This document shows positions 1 through 11,899 of a stretch of DNA of 64,000 nt, one piece after another (position 1 is the first letter of the stretch; every line of letters starts with the position of its first letter). The stretch spans positions 38,794,034 to 38,858,033 of the forward strand of contig NC_068997.1 in assembly GCF_001194135.2 (NCBI RefSeq), read 5' to 3'. The position numbers and the translations under genes are program-made. The stretch comes from Octopus bimaculoides (Eukaryota). The notes below the pieces were generated by a model that was given only the letters and a program-made list of their open reading frames with translations, ran no database searches and was not told the DNA's origin.

Positions 1-924
1 TCAGACAATAAGCATAAGCCAGTGTCAACGGTGGTTCCAGAAATTCCGAGCTAGAAACTACAGCCTAGAAGATGAGCCTCGTCCTGGAAGATCTGTAGAG
101 CCCAGTGAGGATGTCCTGCAAACCCTGGACATTTCATGATAACTGTTGAGGAACTAGCAGAGAAGCTTGGATTTGGTCATTAAGCAATTCATCAACAGCT
201 GCGTGCCATTGGAAAAGTCAGCAAATTGGGTCAGTGGATTCCTCACAAACTTTCCGAGTCGAATCATGTGCAGAGAGTGAATGTGTGCTCTTGTTTGCTG
301 TCACGTCTCTCGAATGAACCTTTTTTAGACCGAATAGTGACTGGTGATGAGAAATGGGTTCTCATCAAATGTCAAGTGCCGAAGACAGTGGGTAGGGCAA
401 AGAGAAACACTGGCACCCATGTAAGGTATTGTTATCTGTTTGGTGGGCTATGAGAGGTTTAGTCCACTTTGACTTTTAAACCCAAACCAATTGATAACAA
501 AAGAGAGCTTAATTCAGCGCTAGAAGTAAAATGATTATCTTTGGTTTAAAGACGAAAGATGTTCTTCCATCAGGATAAAACCTGGCCACATACAGTTAGG
601 ATGACATTCCAAAGGCTGGAGCAGTTTAAATGGGAAATGTTGCCCCACCCACCATATTCGCCGGACATTGCCCCATCTGATTATCATTTATTCCACAGTC
701 TTCAAAATCATTTGGATGGAAAATATAGGAATTCTGTAGATGAGGTCATAGCACTATTGGAGGAGTATTTTTCATCCTGGACAAGTGAATTTTGGAAGTG
801 GGGTCTTGCAAGTCTACCAGATAGATAGAAGAGCATTGTAAAGAATGAAGGAGAGTATATTATAGATTTAAAAAGAACTTTATCTTAATTTTGAAAAATA
901 AAAGAAATATCAAATGACCCAATA
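1..924 (+). mobile_element. Decayed mariner (Tc1/mariner, DD34D-type) transposon, 5'-truncated by the window edge
   Basis: Frame-broken transposase motifs WIPHKL, DRIVTGDEKWV, FHQDKTWPH (HDNARPH-like) and HPPYSPDIAPSDYHLF in ORFs 226-453 and 559-828. Ends in a mariner-like ...ACCCAATA followed by TA. Confidence 0.92.
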
Positions 925-3900
925 TATTTACACCTAAATTATTGGTTTAAATCTGGCAACAGATTAAAGAAGACACTGGGCAGATCAAACTTTAGCTTGG
1001 CCAGAAAGAACAAACCTCCAAGTTTGATTGGGGCTCCACCAAAGTCTACTTTAACTGGCAAATGTTTTCTCAGAAAGGATCCCCCCCCCCCCATAATGTA
1101 TGAACAACAGTCGAGTGGAAGGAGGAAATGTATTTGACTGTATTGTCAAATGTATTTGACTGTATTCAGCATAGTCTTTAGTCAGTAACCTTAGGTTACA
1201 CACAACTGATTTAGAGATGAACTTTTCAGAATTACCTGTGTCAGTTGACTTTTTAGAAAAGTTCTGTGAATGCTTACATCAGTAACAATAATTTATTCTA
1301 GAAGGTATAGAAACAAGTTTCACAGGGAGAGAATAGAAGCACTCAGTAGCTCTTTTAAGAATCTACAGACTTTTGAAGAGTGTCTTTTGAAACAAAGAGT
1401 GCTAATTTGGTGTAATCTTATTGTGGGCATTTCTGGCAGAAGTAATATCTTTGACCTGAACATGATGCAGCTGCATTAGAAACCTGATTTGGTTTAGAAA
1501 TAAAAAATTCTTCTTCAGACCATTTTGGCAGAGGTTACTACAAGATTTTCTACTTGAAAAGCAGAATCAGTGGTCTGAAAATCTTTCATGGCTTATTTCA
1601 AAGTCTCAATTTGATTTTTGACTGAAGTCAAAGTTAGAAATTTGTTTTTATTGCAGTCTGGTTTTGTACACAGGCCTAAGGATTTCTGATTATGAGTTAA
1701 TCTTGAATTTATTTGGGTTGTGTGTGTCATTCATGATGCTACAGTATAAGCTGAATTATAGAAGAGGCATAAAATATTCACCTGCTGGTTCCATGCTCAT
1801 CTGCTTGTGAATAGAGTGCTTGTGTCACTCTACAACTTCATTAGCTGACTGAATAAAGGTTTTTTTAATGCAGGTAAAGCATTATTGTAGGCAGTGAATA
1901 ATTTCTTTTTTTTGACAATGAGTTTGCCAGAAGTTTGAAATAAAAGTCAAGTAAACAGCCAATACTAAATGGTGCATAAAACCTTGGTAGCTGTCAATAT
2001 ATCATTAAATTTTTTATGTTGTCGTCTGCATTCCATGCCAATGATTGCAATTTTAGTAAATTAAATTGACGTGTGAGTTACTCAGAAAAGAGAGTCAGTT
2101 TAAATTGGGCTGGCAGAATGTAGAAATAGGAAGTTCACCAGGATATTTATAGCAACAGTAGGAAGTGGTAATTACATTGCCTTCTGGAGATTCAACCATT
2201 TTTATTATTATAATGCAGCATTATTTCCATAAGATTATTACCGCAATACTTCATGTTTATCAGAGCTCTTTCTGGCTGTGTGTGGGTTCTTTTCAGACAA
2301 AGAGCCTTAATGATCACACACAAGCAAAACACCGAGTAGTCGAGGAGTGACTCATCAATTTTATACACATAAACTAACTTCTGTCTGTATTTCTAAATAA
2401 GTGGAGTGTGTGTGTGTGTGTATTTTATTTTCACCATGAAAAGGTTAACACTGACTTTGCAGTTTCACCAGTCATTGGTTTTGTTAGACAAGTCTGATGA
2501 AATGTAAAACATTATTTAGTGTTTCATAATATTGTGCATATAGCTGTTCATGAAAACAAATGATTGTATATATTTGTAAATACATACATACATGTGTGTG
2601 TGTGTGTGTGTATTTGAATATGTTAAAGTGCATGTTCTGTAGGAAGTCACAAAACTGCTGTATTTGTCTTGAGATAGCACCTTGTATAGATGTATAGTGT
2701 CAAAAAGCACAGGAGCATGCCACTTGTAGATGAAGCATGTCCACAAGTGTCAGTGGAATTACTAAATCTAGATTTCTGAATCTTTGAGCATGATCAGTAG
2801 CAAGTATCCATTAGCAACTGTGTGTTTAGTAAATTTAACTGCTCCTAATATAGAAAAACAGTGATTAGATCATTGGTATTGCAAATAAGCAGCAGAGTGG
2901 GTAAAAATTTGTTATTAATGAGAAAAGATTTAAATGTGAGCTGTTGTAATTTTCATACTCTGATAGTGCAATAGTCAGATAAGCTTGTGTAGCATCCCAC
3001 CTACAACTGTATAGTCTTTTGGGCACAAAACGTAACATTGCTCCCAGAGAAAAAGTGAGAAAGAATGAGAGAAAAGAATAAATAAAAAAGGAAAACAAGA
3101 AGAAACATGAAGGAAAAGGAGATAAGAGTTGTGTCCATTTGGTTCATTAGAATAAGAATTAAGAGTGGTTGGTGTGGTTAATTTGATGGGGATATTTTGT
3201 GAGACTATATGTCTAATCTGGAGAAGATGGTATTCTCCAGTTTGATAACAAAAACTTTTGGAGTTGCTTGCATTTAGTAAAAATTTCAGATCAGTGGAGA
3301 TCTTAGATATTTAAGAGTTCCACTGGATCTAATAATGACAAGTACAGCAAAAGTTGCAACAAATAGGAAAGAGACTGAAAAAGAAAAGAAGGGAAAAAAA
3401 GAAACAAAAACAGAGAAAACCTAGGTCTGTGTCTAGCTGCCTTGCCATAGAGAAGCAGTTGAAAACTGTAAGAAACTGTATTATGTGGCTTTCCTTTTGG
3501 AACCACACAGTGAAATTATACCCTCGGAAAATACCTCTCATGCACCAATAACATCACACCACAAACATGCTCCTCTAAGATGCTTTTCAATCAGATTAGT
3601 GAATAACCTGACAGACAGTGTTTGAAAAGAGTTGTTAGTTATTGACTCAGCTATACATGTAAAACTAAATATACTGTATCAAGAAAGAGATTATAATCCA
3701 ACATGATCCTGGATCATTTTTCTAATTACCTCTCAGTGCAGTGTTCTAACACTGACTAGCTTGTGATAAGGAAAATATTGATAAAAGTCTTCACAGTAAA
3801 CAAAGATGCAGTAAACTTTCTGATAACCAAAGCACATTTCATAAAAAAAAAAAAAAGACCCACCAAGCACTGGTTGAATGAGTACAGCGCATGGTAACAT

Positions 3901-4224
3901 ACTGTTTCTCCAAGCAGTGATAGAGTTTGCTCACCTGGTTCCTCAAATATGTCTGATGAAGAATTTTTACATTTGAAAGCACTTACAAAATTACAGTACA
4001 ACCAGCAATAAAGTTCAGTCCACAGTTATTTGTTCAGTTTATTTTAACCAAACTTCCTATGAATCAACATGTCTTATGTAAATGTATCCATGTAACCTTT
4101 TCCCTATCCACACTTCCATGTATTTATCAGTATATACATGTATATCTGTTAGTCTGCCCATCTGTTCATATACCTCTCTGCCTGCCTTTCTGAAACCCAT
4201 CCAGGGTGAAATGTTGATGATTTG

Positions 4225-4550
4225 TGAAGATCAAAAAGAAATGAAGTGAGCATGCTTTGCTGGATGTATAATATTAGTGTACATAAGTGATGGAGCGTAA
4301 ATGAGTTGGGAGAAAAACTGAATATAAAAGGAATCAGTTTTTGTGTACAAGAGAGAAGATTGTGTTTGTATGGGCAAGTGATCTGTGTGAAGGGGGACAG
4401 CTGTTTAAAGAAGTGCCATGTAGTGAAACTGAATGGAAGCTGTGGATGAGGAAGACTAAGGAAAATAGATCTGAAGTTGATCTGGAGTAGGTAACAAAGG
4501 ACTGTATCATTTGGTTACATGCTGTGTAGAAGACTTATCTGATGAGACCA
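4225..4550 (+). mobile_element. RTE-type LINE 3' fragment (degenerate)
   Basis: Broken translation resembles an RTE C-terminus (ML.WM.N.S...ELGEKLNIKGI...VQERRL..YG.V...D..LKKC...GR.RK). Confidence 0.55.
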
Positions 4551-4573
4551 GCTTGGAAGAATGGGCATTAAAA

Positions 4574-4609
<36 letters not shown>

Positions 4610-4639
4610 TACGTGTACGTGTATCCATCTGTCTATTTG

Positions 4640-5050
4640 TCCATTTGTCTATCCCTCATTTCATCTACTTGTTTGTTACCCTCTCATCTCTCTAATACAC
4701 CGTGCACCCATCTACTGACATCCTCCTGGCCACTATTATTCATGCTTCTATCACCCATTCTTCTATCACACGTGCATCCATCTCTCATTCTTCTGCTGCT
4801 CATGCATCTGTCACTTGTGCCTCAGTTACTCATCACTCAATCTCTTGCCCTGTTTTCAGTGGTTCTGTTCTCTTCACATGTACTGTGTTTCTAGTGTAAG
4901 TAGAGACATCATCTGACTTCTCTGACCATCTCATCTTTCCATCACCCTGGCCTTCTCACCTTTCTCGAAGCAAATCTACAAGAAACCACATCAGATATAT
5001 GCGTGTACTCCACACTCTTTATCATTACTGCCTCTATACCCTGCCCCAGT
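4640..5050 (+). mobile_element. Possible very old Penelope-like fragment
   Basis: C/T-rich stretch with weak similarity to the PLE pre-GIY-YIG region (TCASVTHHSISC, resembling CTS.N..Y.ISC). Only weakly supported. Confidence 0.25.
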
Positions 5051-5449
5051 CAGCTATTTGGTATTAACAGTTAACATTTATCCACCTTTTACTATCCATT
5101 ACATCTTTCATTGTAGTCACTTTCTACCATCACATTCTCACTCATGTTTCCCACCCATTTTAGATTATCATCTGTATGCAGTTCTTCAGCAATGTAACCT
5201 TGAGCGTATGAATACATTGTGTGATGAGAAGGGCTCTCTAATGTTACAGGGATTAGGTAATCTCATTTGAGTTGGTACAGCTATAATTCTGTTAAGCATG
5301 GGGTCAGAAAGGTTAAGTGTTGTTGAAGACATGACAACCTCTCCATTACTGATGCCTTGGTAACATGTGCTCAGTACACTGTAAAGTGTACTGATATTAG
5401 AAAAGGCATCCAGACACGGAACCCCACTACTTTTGAAATTTATTAATGA

Positions 5450-6770
5450 GATGTGGCTCTCTAAGCTGTGGAGTAATAATGATCTGAGAGCGCACGTAAA
5501 AGACTGTGTGTAAAAGAGTGTGTCTTGTAATCACTGATCTGGCAGTTCTTCTCTAGTTTTTGCTCCTTTGTGCATTTCCTGTTACTTGTGTTTTCAGTAT
5601 GCTTTTCCTGGCATTGTAAGTTTCAGCATAAGCAGTTGTTTTGTTGGTTTAGTGGTTTTGACCATGTTTGGTTGAAGTGACGTTGGTACTATGTGCTGTG
5701 GAAACTTGAGCTACTGGTCCAGATTGACGTGCTGTCTCTTGTTAGAAGTTGTGTAAAGGAAGCCTGTCCTTGGTTTTAGTTTTCTTTCCAGCTTGACCAA
5801 TATAATCAAACTCTTTAGAGTGTGATGGTATTTATTTGTGATGGCTGTAGCTATGCTCTCAGAAACTGCCATGAGTACCTGGTCATGTAACCACTGATAG
5901 CAATCTTATCCAGTCCTTTGAACAATAGCCACTGAAATATTCTGAAAGTCCTTTTTTTAGAGTAGAGTTAACTGAGCTTGGTAGGACATAGTGGACAGTC
6001 TGCACAAGGAACTAGACACAGTGGAAGTCCACCTGCATGATATTTGACCTGATAATCCTGTGCTGAAGCATACTTTCCCATTTTCTTCATGCTCCTTGCT
6101 GAGTTTTCACCTTGCTGCTTACTTGCCCTTTATGCTTGTTCAGGCCTCTAGTGTCTCTCTTAGCCTTGGACTTTGATATTTCCATGATGCCTAATCAGTT
6201 CCTTTTGCCTTAGGTATGTCTCTGCCTCCTGAATTACTTTCTCTGCACTTCCTCTCCTCCTCGTTTTTACTTCGATGCCAGATGTTGTCACTTTTTAGCC
6301 ACTGGTAATACCTTTTAGCCTGGACTCTTTTTACTGTTGGACTTTAATGTGGTACTGTAAATTTTTTAGTGAGGTCATTGAATAAGAGCTGCTCAAACAA
6401 CTCCACTCTTTCCATATTGGTAGGTATTCACAAGAAAAGAAAGTCTGTTATAACAAGACAAAGGAAGTGATGCAAAATAAGCTTTACAAGATGAGTAACA
6501 TTTAGTAGATGGGGAGGGGGGGGGGCAAGGAAAGTGCAGGCTGATCGAAAGGATGCAAAAATTTGAGCTCAAAGCTGTGTATGGACCATCATATAGGGTT
6601 GTCAACCTTCTTTTCAACTTATAAGGACTGAAATTATTAAGAAAATAAAAACCAACACTCATTTCAAAGGATTGTGGGCAACACTTTAACCATCTTAATT
6701 GCCAGTCAATGATTGGTGATGGCACCATCAATAAAACATTCCAGAGTTCAATGATTGAGGAATTCAACAC
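5450..6770 (-). mobile_element. HERO-like RLE non-LTR retrotransposon, 3' remnant
   Basis: Minus-strand fragments GIEVKT...AEKVIQEAETYLRQKEL, QQGAW.KWE, CYQWLHDQVLMAVSESIATAI (RHDQVL motif after the CCHC knuckle) and VNLDQ*LKFPQHIVPTSLQPNMV (LKFP...RPD endonuclease motif). Many stops and frameshifts. Confidence 0.75.
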
Positions 6771-6814
6771 AATTCAAATGTTTGCAAACATAATCAAGGT
6801 GATCAAGCATTTTA

Positions 6815-7255
6815 GTAGCAGAAAGCATCTGGTGAGGACAATATTACACCAGCAGTGTACAAGTTTGATGGAGACATGCTTATGATAAAGTCATTCAGCT
6901 CCTCAGGCAGCTGTTGTCATGCAAGATTTTAAAGACATACTGACTAGCCACTTGTACAACAGCAAAAATGATAAATGGATGTATAGCAATCATTGGAGTA
7001 TATCTCTCTGAAATATCTTTATGGATAAGATCTTTACCAGAGTGGTTATTATCTGTTTCTTCCCATGCTTTGATATTGCCATCCAAGATCTGCCAAAAAC
7101 ATTACTGACACAATGTTTACAACTAAGTAAAACCAAGATAAATGCAGGAAACAAAGCAGTCATTTATCTCTACATGGTATTTGTCAATCTCACTACAATG
7201 TTTGATTCAGTCAGCCATGAAGGACTTGCAGACTGCATGTTTGTTAAAAGTAGTT
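6815..7255 (+). mobile_element. RTE-clade LINE reverse transcriptase fragment
   Basis: KASGEDNITPAVYKFDGD (KA.G.D.IP.E motif) and YMVFVNLTTMFDSVSHEGL (FVDL.KAFD.V motif). Confidence 0.8.
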
Positions 7256-7309
7256 GACAAAAAAAAAAAAAAAATATGTATGTGCGTGCGCTCTCAATTT
7301 CCTCTAATT

Positions 7310-7880
7310 TAGATCATCTCATGGTTTCAGTAAACAAAATGGAGAAAGTGTTGCCCGAAGATTGGTGAGGGAAATGTGCTGGAACATCCACTTGTGGATA
7401 ACCATCTCCACACTGATATCGGTGAGCAGAGATGTAGTCCAGGGTGGAGGTCCAATGCTGGAGGTCTCCACTACCATAGGCTTGACCATAAACCTGTCTG
7501 AGCTTGACTGATATTTTGACAGTTTGCTTTTCACAGCCTGATAAGCAGTAGAGCCTGGGCTAGTAGCTGAACACACCAAGTTGTTGCTAGAAAAGGTATC
7601 CAGATGAGGGGTCTACCGCAATGAAACGGGGAAGTTGTCATATCGTCGGGTCTTTTACTGTGCTCTCAGTCTAGCCCTTCTGGCTTAAGCTGGGAAGGGC
7701 ATTCTTGCTATGGTTTATGATTTTGTTAAGGGTAGCATGGCGGGAAAGGTGGCTAGTACGACAGTGGATCCACAACAGCATTTGTGAGGCTCACAGATCT
7801 GGATGCCAAGCCTCAGGGAAACGCTGATGCACAGACAGTTGCTACAAAGCTGAGTGCCAGTCGTGAGTGATGGCAATCCA
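7310..7880 (-). mobile_element. CRE-like RLE non-LTR retrotransposon, 3' remnant
   Basis: Minus strand: ISVSLRLGIQICEPHKCCCG, RHATLNKII, KRPDDMTTSPFHCGRPLIW, then KSKLSKYQSSSDRFMVKPMVVETS and FQHISL (ORF 7319-7579). This is the zinc knuckle plus PD..D/K endonuclease order of CRE-type elements. Confidence 0.75.
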
Positions 7881-8042
7881 TGTTTATGTAGCTATTAAAA
7901 ATATCTATATTGTGTAGCTTCCCTTTTGTATTAAAAAAGTGTTTTTTTTTTCCATTACATATACTAATTACTTTTGATGAAGCCTAAATTCAGAATTTGA
8001 TAAAATGTCAGTGTAGTTATGCTGAACACACGGGAGAAAGAA

Positions 8043-8490
8043 ATTAAAACAGCTTTCAAATATTTTAACAGCTAATTCCTTAATGGAAACATTAAAAGAT
8101 AATGAAAATTGTAAAAATTTAGCAGAACAAGTTAAGATTTTATTGAAAGAAGTATGGAAAATATATTTTTGTTTCAAATTCAGAACAATAAAAGATGAGT
8201 TACAGTTGTTAAAGTGAAACTCACAAGATTAAAACTTATGGATGAATTGAATCCAAAACAGTAAAGCTTTGGATTCATTATTATGAATCTTCTGCTACAA
8301 TCAATCCAATACCTTTTTAATAAAATAATAAAGCCTACAAAATACCTGACTGCTTCTCATTTTTTTTGTCTTATAAATCTTTCAACAAAATTTTTATTTT
8401 CTTAAATTTTTGCGCTTTTTATCTTTTAATGTTTTCATTTAAATTGCCTTAAGGAATTAGCTGCTAAAATATTTGGAAGCTATTTTTAAA
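8043..8490. repeat. Fold-back element with about 120-bp imperfect inverted arms
   Basis: 8043-8160 (AGCTTTCAAATATTTTAACAGCTAATTCCTTAA...AAACATTAAAAGATAA) matches the reverse complement of about 8365-8490. Confidence 0.75.
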
Positions 8491-9440
8491 TGGGCTATCA
8501 TTTCATTAGATAAAGTATATAAGAAATGTTTGTTAAGGAATTTTAAAATGTCTGTTAGAAGAAGGGAAAAAAATGAAACCCTCTCAAAATATTTTCTGAA
8601 TTTTAATTAAAAATCTTTCATATCAATTAAAAAAAAGTATTTTGCATGAAATATCATCTTCAATAGTAATTTTTTAAAAAACTGATGGAGTAATTGTTTT
8701 GAGACATCTACTGGCTGTAAAGAAAATGTGTATGTGATATATTTATATGTATATACGTATATATAACTTTTAGTTATTCCCGTTCCTTGTCTTTGTCATT
8801 AACATGCATCTCCCTGAAGCATTTCCCAACTATTATTTGTTAAATAATGTGTGACAACTGGTTATCATTTGTTGTCAGTTTTGAATATCCAAGAGATGTT
8901 TGTCATTTGATATATAGGCAGCCAAATTAATGTTACACATAATTGCAATGAGAATGGAAAGTCTATAAGCAATATAGCTATTGAGATTGTAATTAATATG
9001 CTAAAACTGAGGAATAGAGATCCAGCTAAAGTTGTTGCTATAATTGTTAATCTGCTTTTTGGTAATTGCCAAGATTAATCTTCTTTGCTTTGAATAATTG
9101 ATAATGCCTGAAGCATCAGTAGTAGTGTAATTTTTCACTTCATGAAAAATTCACTTACTATTACTTAAGTTCATTTGATTTTTACAAGCAAATAAATCAC
9201 TTAATGTTGTTTAAATTTGGTCTTTCAATACATATTTTTTTTTTTTTAGAATTACAAATTACAATTTAGTTTTTGTCATATGAACATTATGGTTCTATAG
9301 GAATTGATAGTTTTTGCCAATGTTTAACCTGCTAAAAGTTAGGAAATAAATGTGAATTTTTTTGTTTTTGTATTTACCTTGTATATTTACTTAGATTCTT
9401 GTTACTAGAATTTTTGCTATTATATATATATATTATATAT

Positions 9441-9849
9441 AGGCGCAGGAGTGGCTATGTGGTAAGTAGCTTGCTTACCAACCACATGGTCCTGGGTTCA
9501 GTCCCACTGCATGACACCTTGGGCAAGTGTCTTCTACTATGGCCTTGGACCAACCAAAGCCTTGTGAGTGGATTTGGTAGACAGAAACTGGAAGAAGCCC
9601 ATCGTATATGTATGTATGTATGTATGTGTGTGTGTGTGTATGTATGTTTGTGTGTCTGTTTGTCCCCCCCCCACTTGACAACCGATGCTGGTGTATTTGC
9701 ATCCCCGTAAACTAGTGGTTTGGCAAAAGAGACCAATAGAATAAGTACTAGGCTTACAAAGAATAAGCTCTGGGGTCGATTTGCTCGACTATAAAGGCGG
9801 TGCTCCAGCATGGCCGCAGTCAAATGACTGAGACGAGTAAAAGAGTAAA
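9441..9849 (+). mobile_element. tRNA-headed SINE family A, near full-length copy
   Basis: Head AGGCGCAGGAGTGGCT.TGTGGTAAG...GGGTTCAGTCCCACTG (A/B-box-like), CACCTTGGGCAAGTGTCTT core, internal (TG)n, tail ...GCATGGCCGCAGTCAAATGACTGA. About 10 homologues in the window. Followed by (TACA)n. Confidence 0.9.
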
Positions 9850-9865
9850 TACATACATACATACA

Positions 9866-9900
<35 letters not shown>

Positions 9901-9966
9901 GAAAAACTTACTTATTATAAATATATATATATATATGTATATATATTTATAATAAGTAAGTTTTTC
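9901..9966. repeat. Perfect 28-bp inverted repeat around a (TA)n loop
   Basis: GAAAAACTTACTTATTATAAATATATAT (9901-9928) is the exact reverse complement of 9939-9966. Confidence 0.9.
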
Positions 9967-10999
9967 TTTGACTGTTTGTGTTAACTCTGAGTCTCAAGCT
10001 GTTATGACTGATACTAACCATTGTAATTTACATTTAATCTATAGAATTCTATCAGAAATCAGAAATAGCCATTGTTTTTGTTTTTTGAGCCACTTAATAT
10101 AAAAGGTGACTCTGAACATGTTTATATAATGCATCATTAGGAAAATAGAATTCGGTACTACACAGTTCTTCACTGAATTGGTCAAAGGATTGTTGAAAAA
10201 GAAATACTGGAATATTTAAAATGTAAATAGGTTTCAAATGAAATTATATTCTTCCTAGTGAATGTTCTGATACTTATGAATGTGTAAGAGAATAAAATCA
10301 ATAAGAAGCATGCATGAATCTTTGAGATGTTTTGATGTGACTATGTGTTTTAGTGTTTTCAACCTTCAAACAAGTAGCTTCCTCTACTTCTAGGGAACCG
10401 GTAATGTAATTTTCTTTGTTTTATTATAATTCTCCCACATTGTGTTTAATTTTATTGAAGGAAATTCAAGGAAACGCTATATAGTTTGCAGCAAATGAAA
10501 GTATTAGCTGAAAACTTAAGTTTAATTCATCAAAAATCAGAAGGAGTTAAATGCAATCTCTTAATAAGAGGCAAAATATAGTCCTTTGTGAAGTACTGTA
10601 GTTACTGATTAGACTGGATGATGTTAATATGTGGTAGCTACAAGCAGAAATATATTCCATATGAAATACATATGACTTCTTTAATTTTCCAATTTTAACA
10701 AATAGCTCATGTGTTTTCAATTAAATAAGCCAAAACAAATAGCAAGTTTAAATTTGAACTCTTGGAATTTTGTCTGTTATTCTACATTTGCATGTTGAAA
10801 ATTTTTTGCCATAAATATATTAGAAATCAATTTTTCCTTTTTTTAAAAATATTTTATTATGTTTTATTTGTAAAGTTATATCACATTTGCCATATTTGCT
10901 TACTTGGCAGTCCACATTGGAATTATATTTTCCCATTTCTTTAAAGAATGTAGCTCTTGCTCTTGTTAGAAGCAGTTGTTATTGTTGTTGTTGGTATTA

Positions 11000-11008
11000 T
11001 CATTATCA

Positions 11009-11060
<52 letters not shown>
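11000..11060. repeat. (TTA)n microsatellite
   Basis: Direct reading. Confidence 0.95.
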
Positions 11061-11899
11061 ATATATAAATAAATATATTATTTTTATTTGTTAATAAATG
11101 AAAAAGAATTTCACAAAATACATCATCAAGGAAAAAAGTGGATATTTTTATTCAAAACATTTTAATATTTTTTTGTTTCAGTATATATTGGAAAATATAT
11201 AATATTATTATTAAGCTTGCATTATTATTAAGGAAATTTGAATCTACTGTTCATTGTGATTTATTTTTTAGTTTACAGTTCTAAAAAAGTTTTAAATTTT
11301 AATTCCTATTTTTAGCATTATAAAAGAAACTTAATGCTAATCAATTTTCATGTATAAAGTAAATAAAATTGCTTACAATCCCTTGAAGACAAAAGTCAAT
11401 TTTAATATGTTCTTCAATAAATAAATACATTTTGAAAGAAATTTTTGTAAATCAAATTAATTGTATTCAAATTATATTATATGCTAAAATATTTTTTCCT
11501 ATTGTTTAGTTTACATTTTAAAGTGTAAAGCTTCTACTATTTTTAAGTTGTTGGAATTTTCTACTTTTATTTGGTTAGTTTTTACTAAATTTTTTATAAT
11601 GATCTGTTTTGTCATAAGGGAAATTTATTTTCTGGAACTTGTGTGAAAAATTCTTTAAATGCAATGTTTTGCAAGGAATTGTTATTTTGTTTCAAATCAC
11701 ATGACAACTTGCCTGTGTATCAATGAAGTCAAATCTCAGTTGCATATTATCCAGAATTGTTTCTGTTTTCCAAATATGTTCAACAATTGTAAGGTTCATT
11801 GTCTTTCACAAAATTGGCTAAGATTATCCTAATCCTTACATTACTAGTATTTGCTTGCTGCTCAGTATTATTTTGCTTTCCTTTCTGTTAACCTGAGTC

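Noticed and set aside
1658-1700. LVLYTGLRISDY resembling a tyrosine-recombinase (Crypton/DIRS) motif
   Set aside because: Isolated motif with no HxLR or catalytic Tyr region in frame and surrounding stops. Probably chance.
8070-8155. Exon-like frame ANSLMETLKDNENCKNLAEQVKILLKE with AG/GT borders
   Set aside because: It lies within one arm of the 8043-8490 fold-back and has no similarity to Rpn3.
9441-9520. tRNA gene (also the heads of other SINE copies, e.g. 48295)
   Set aside because: The tRNA-like A/B boxes are SINE heads continuing into family bodies, and no complete cloverleaf is present.
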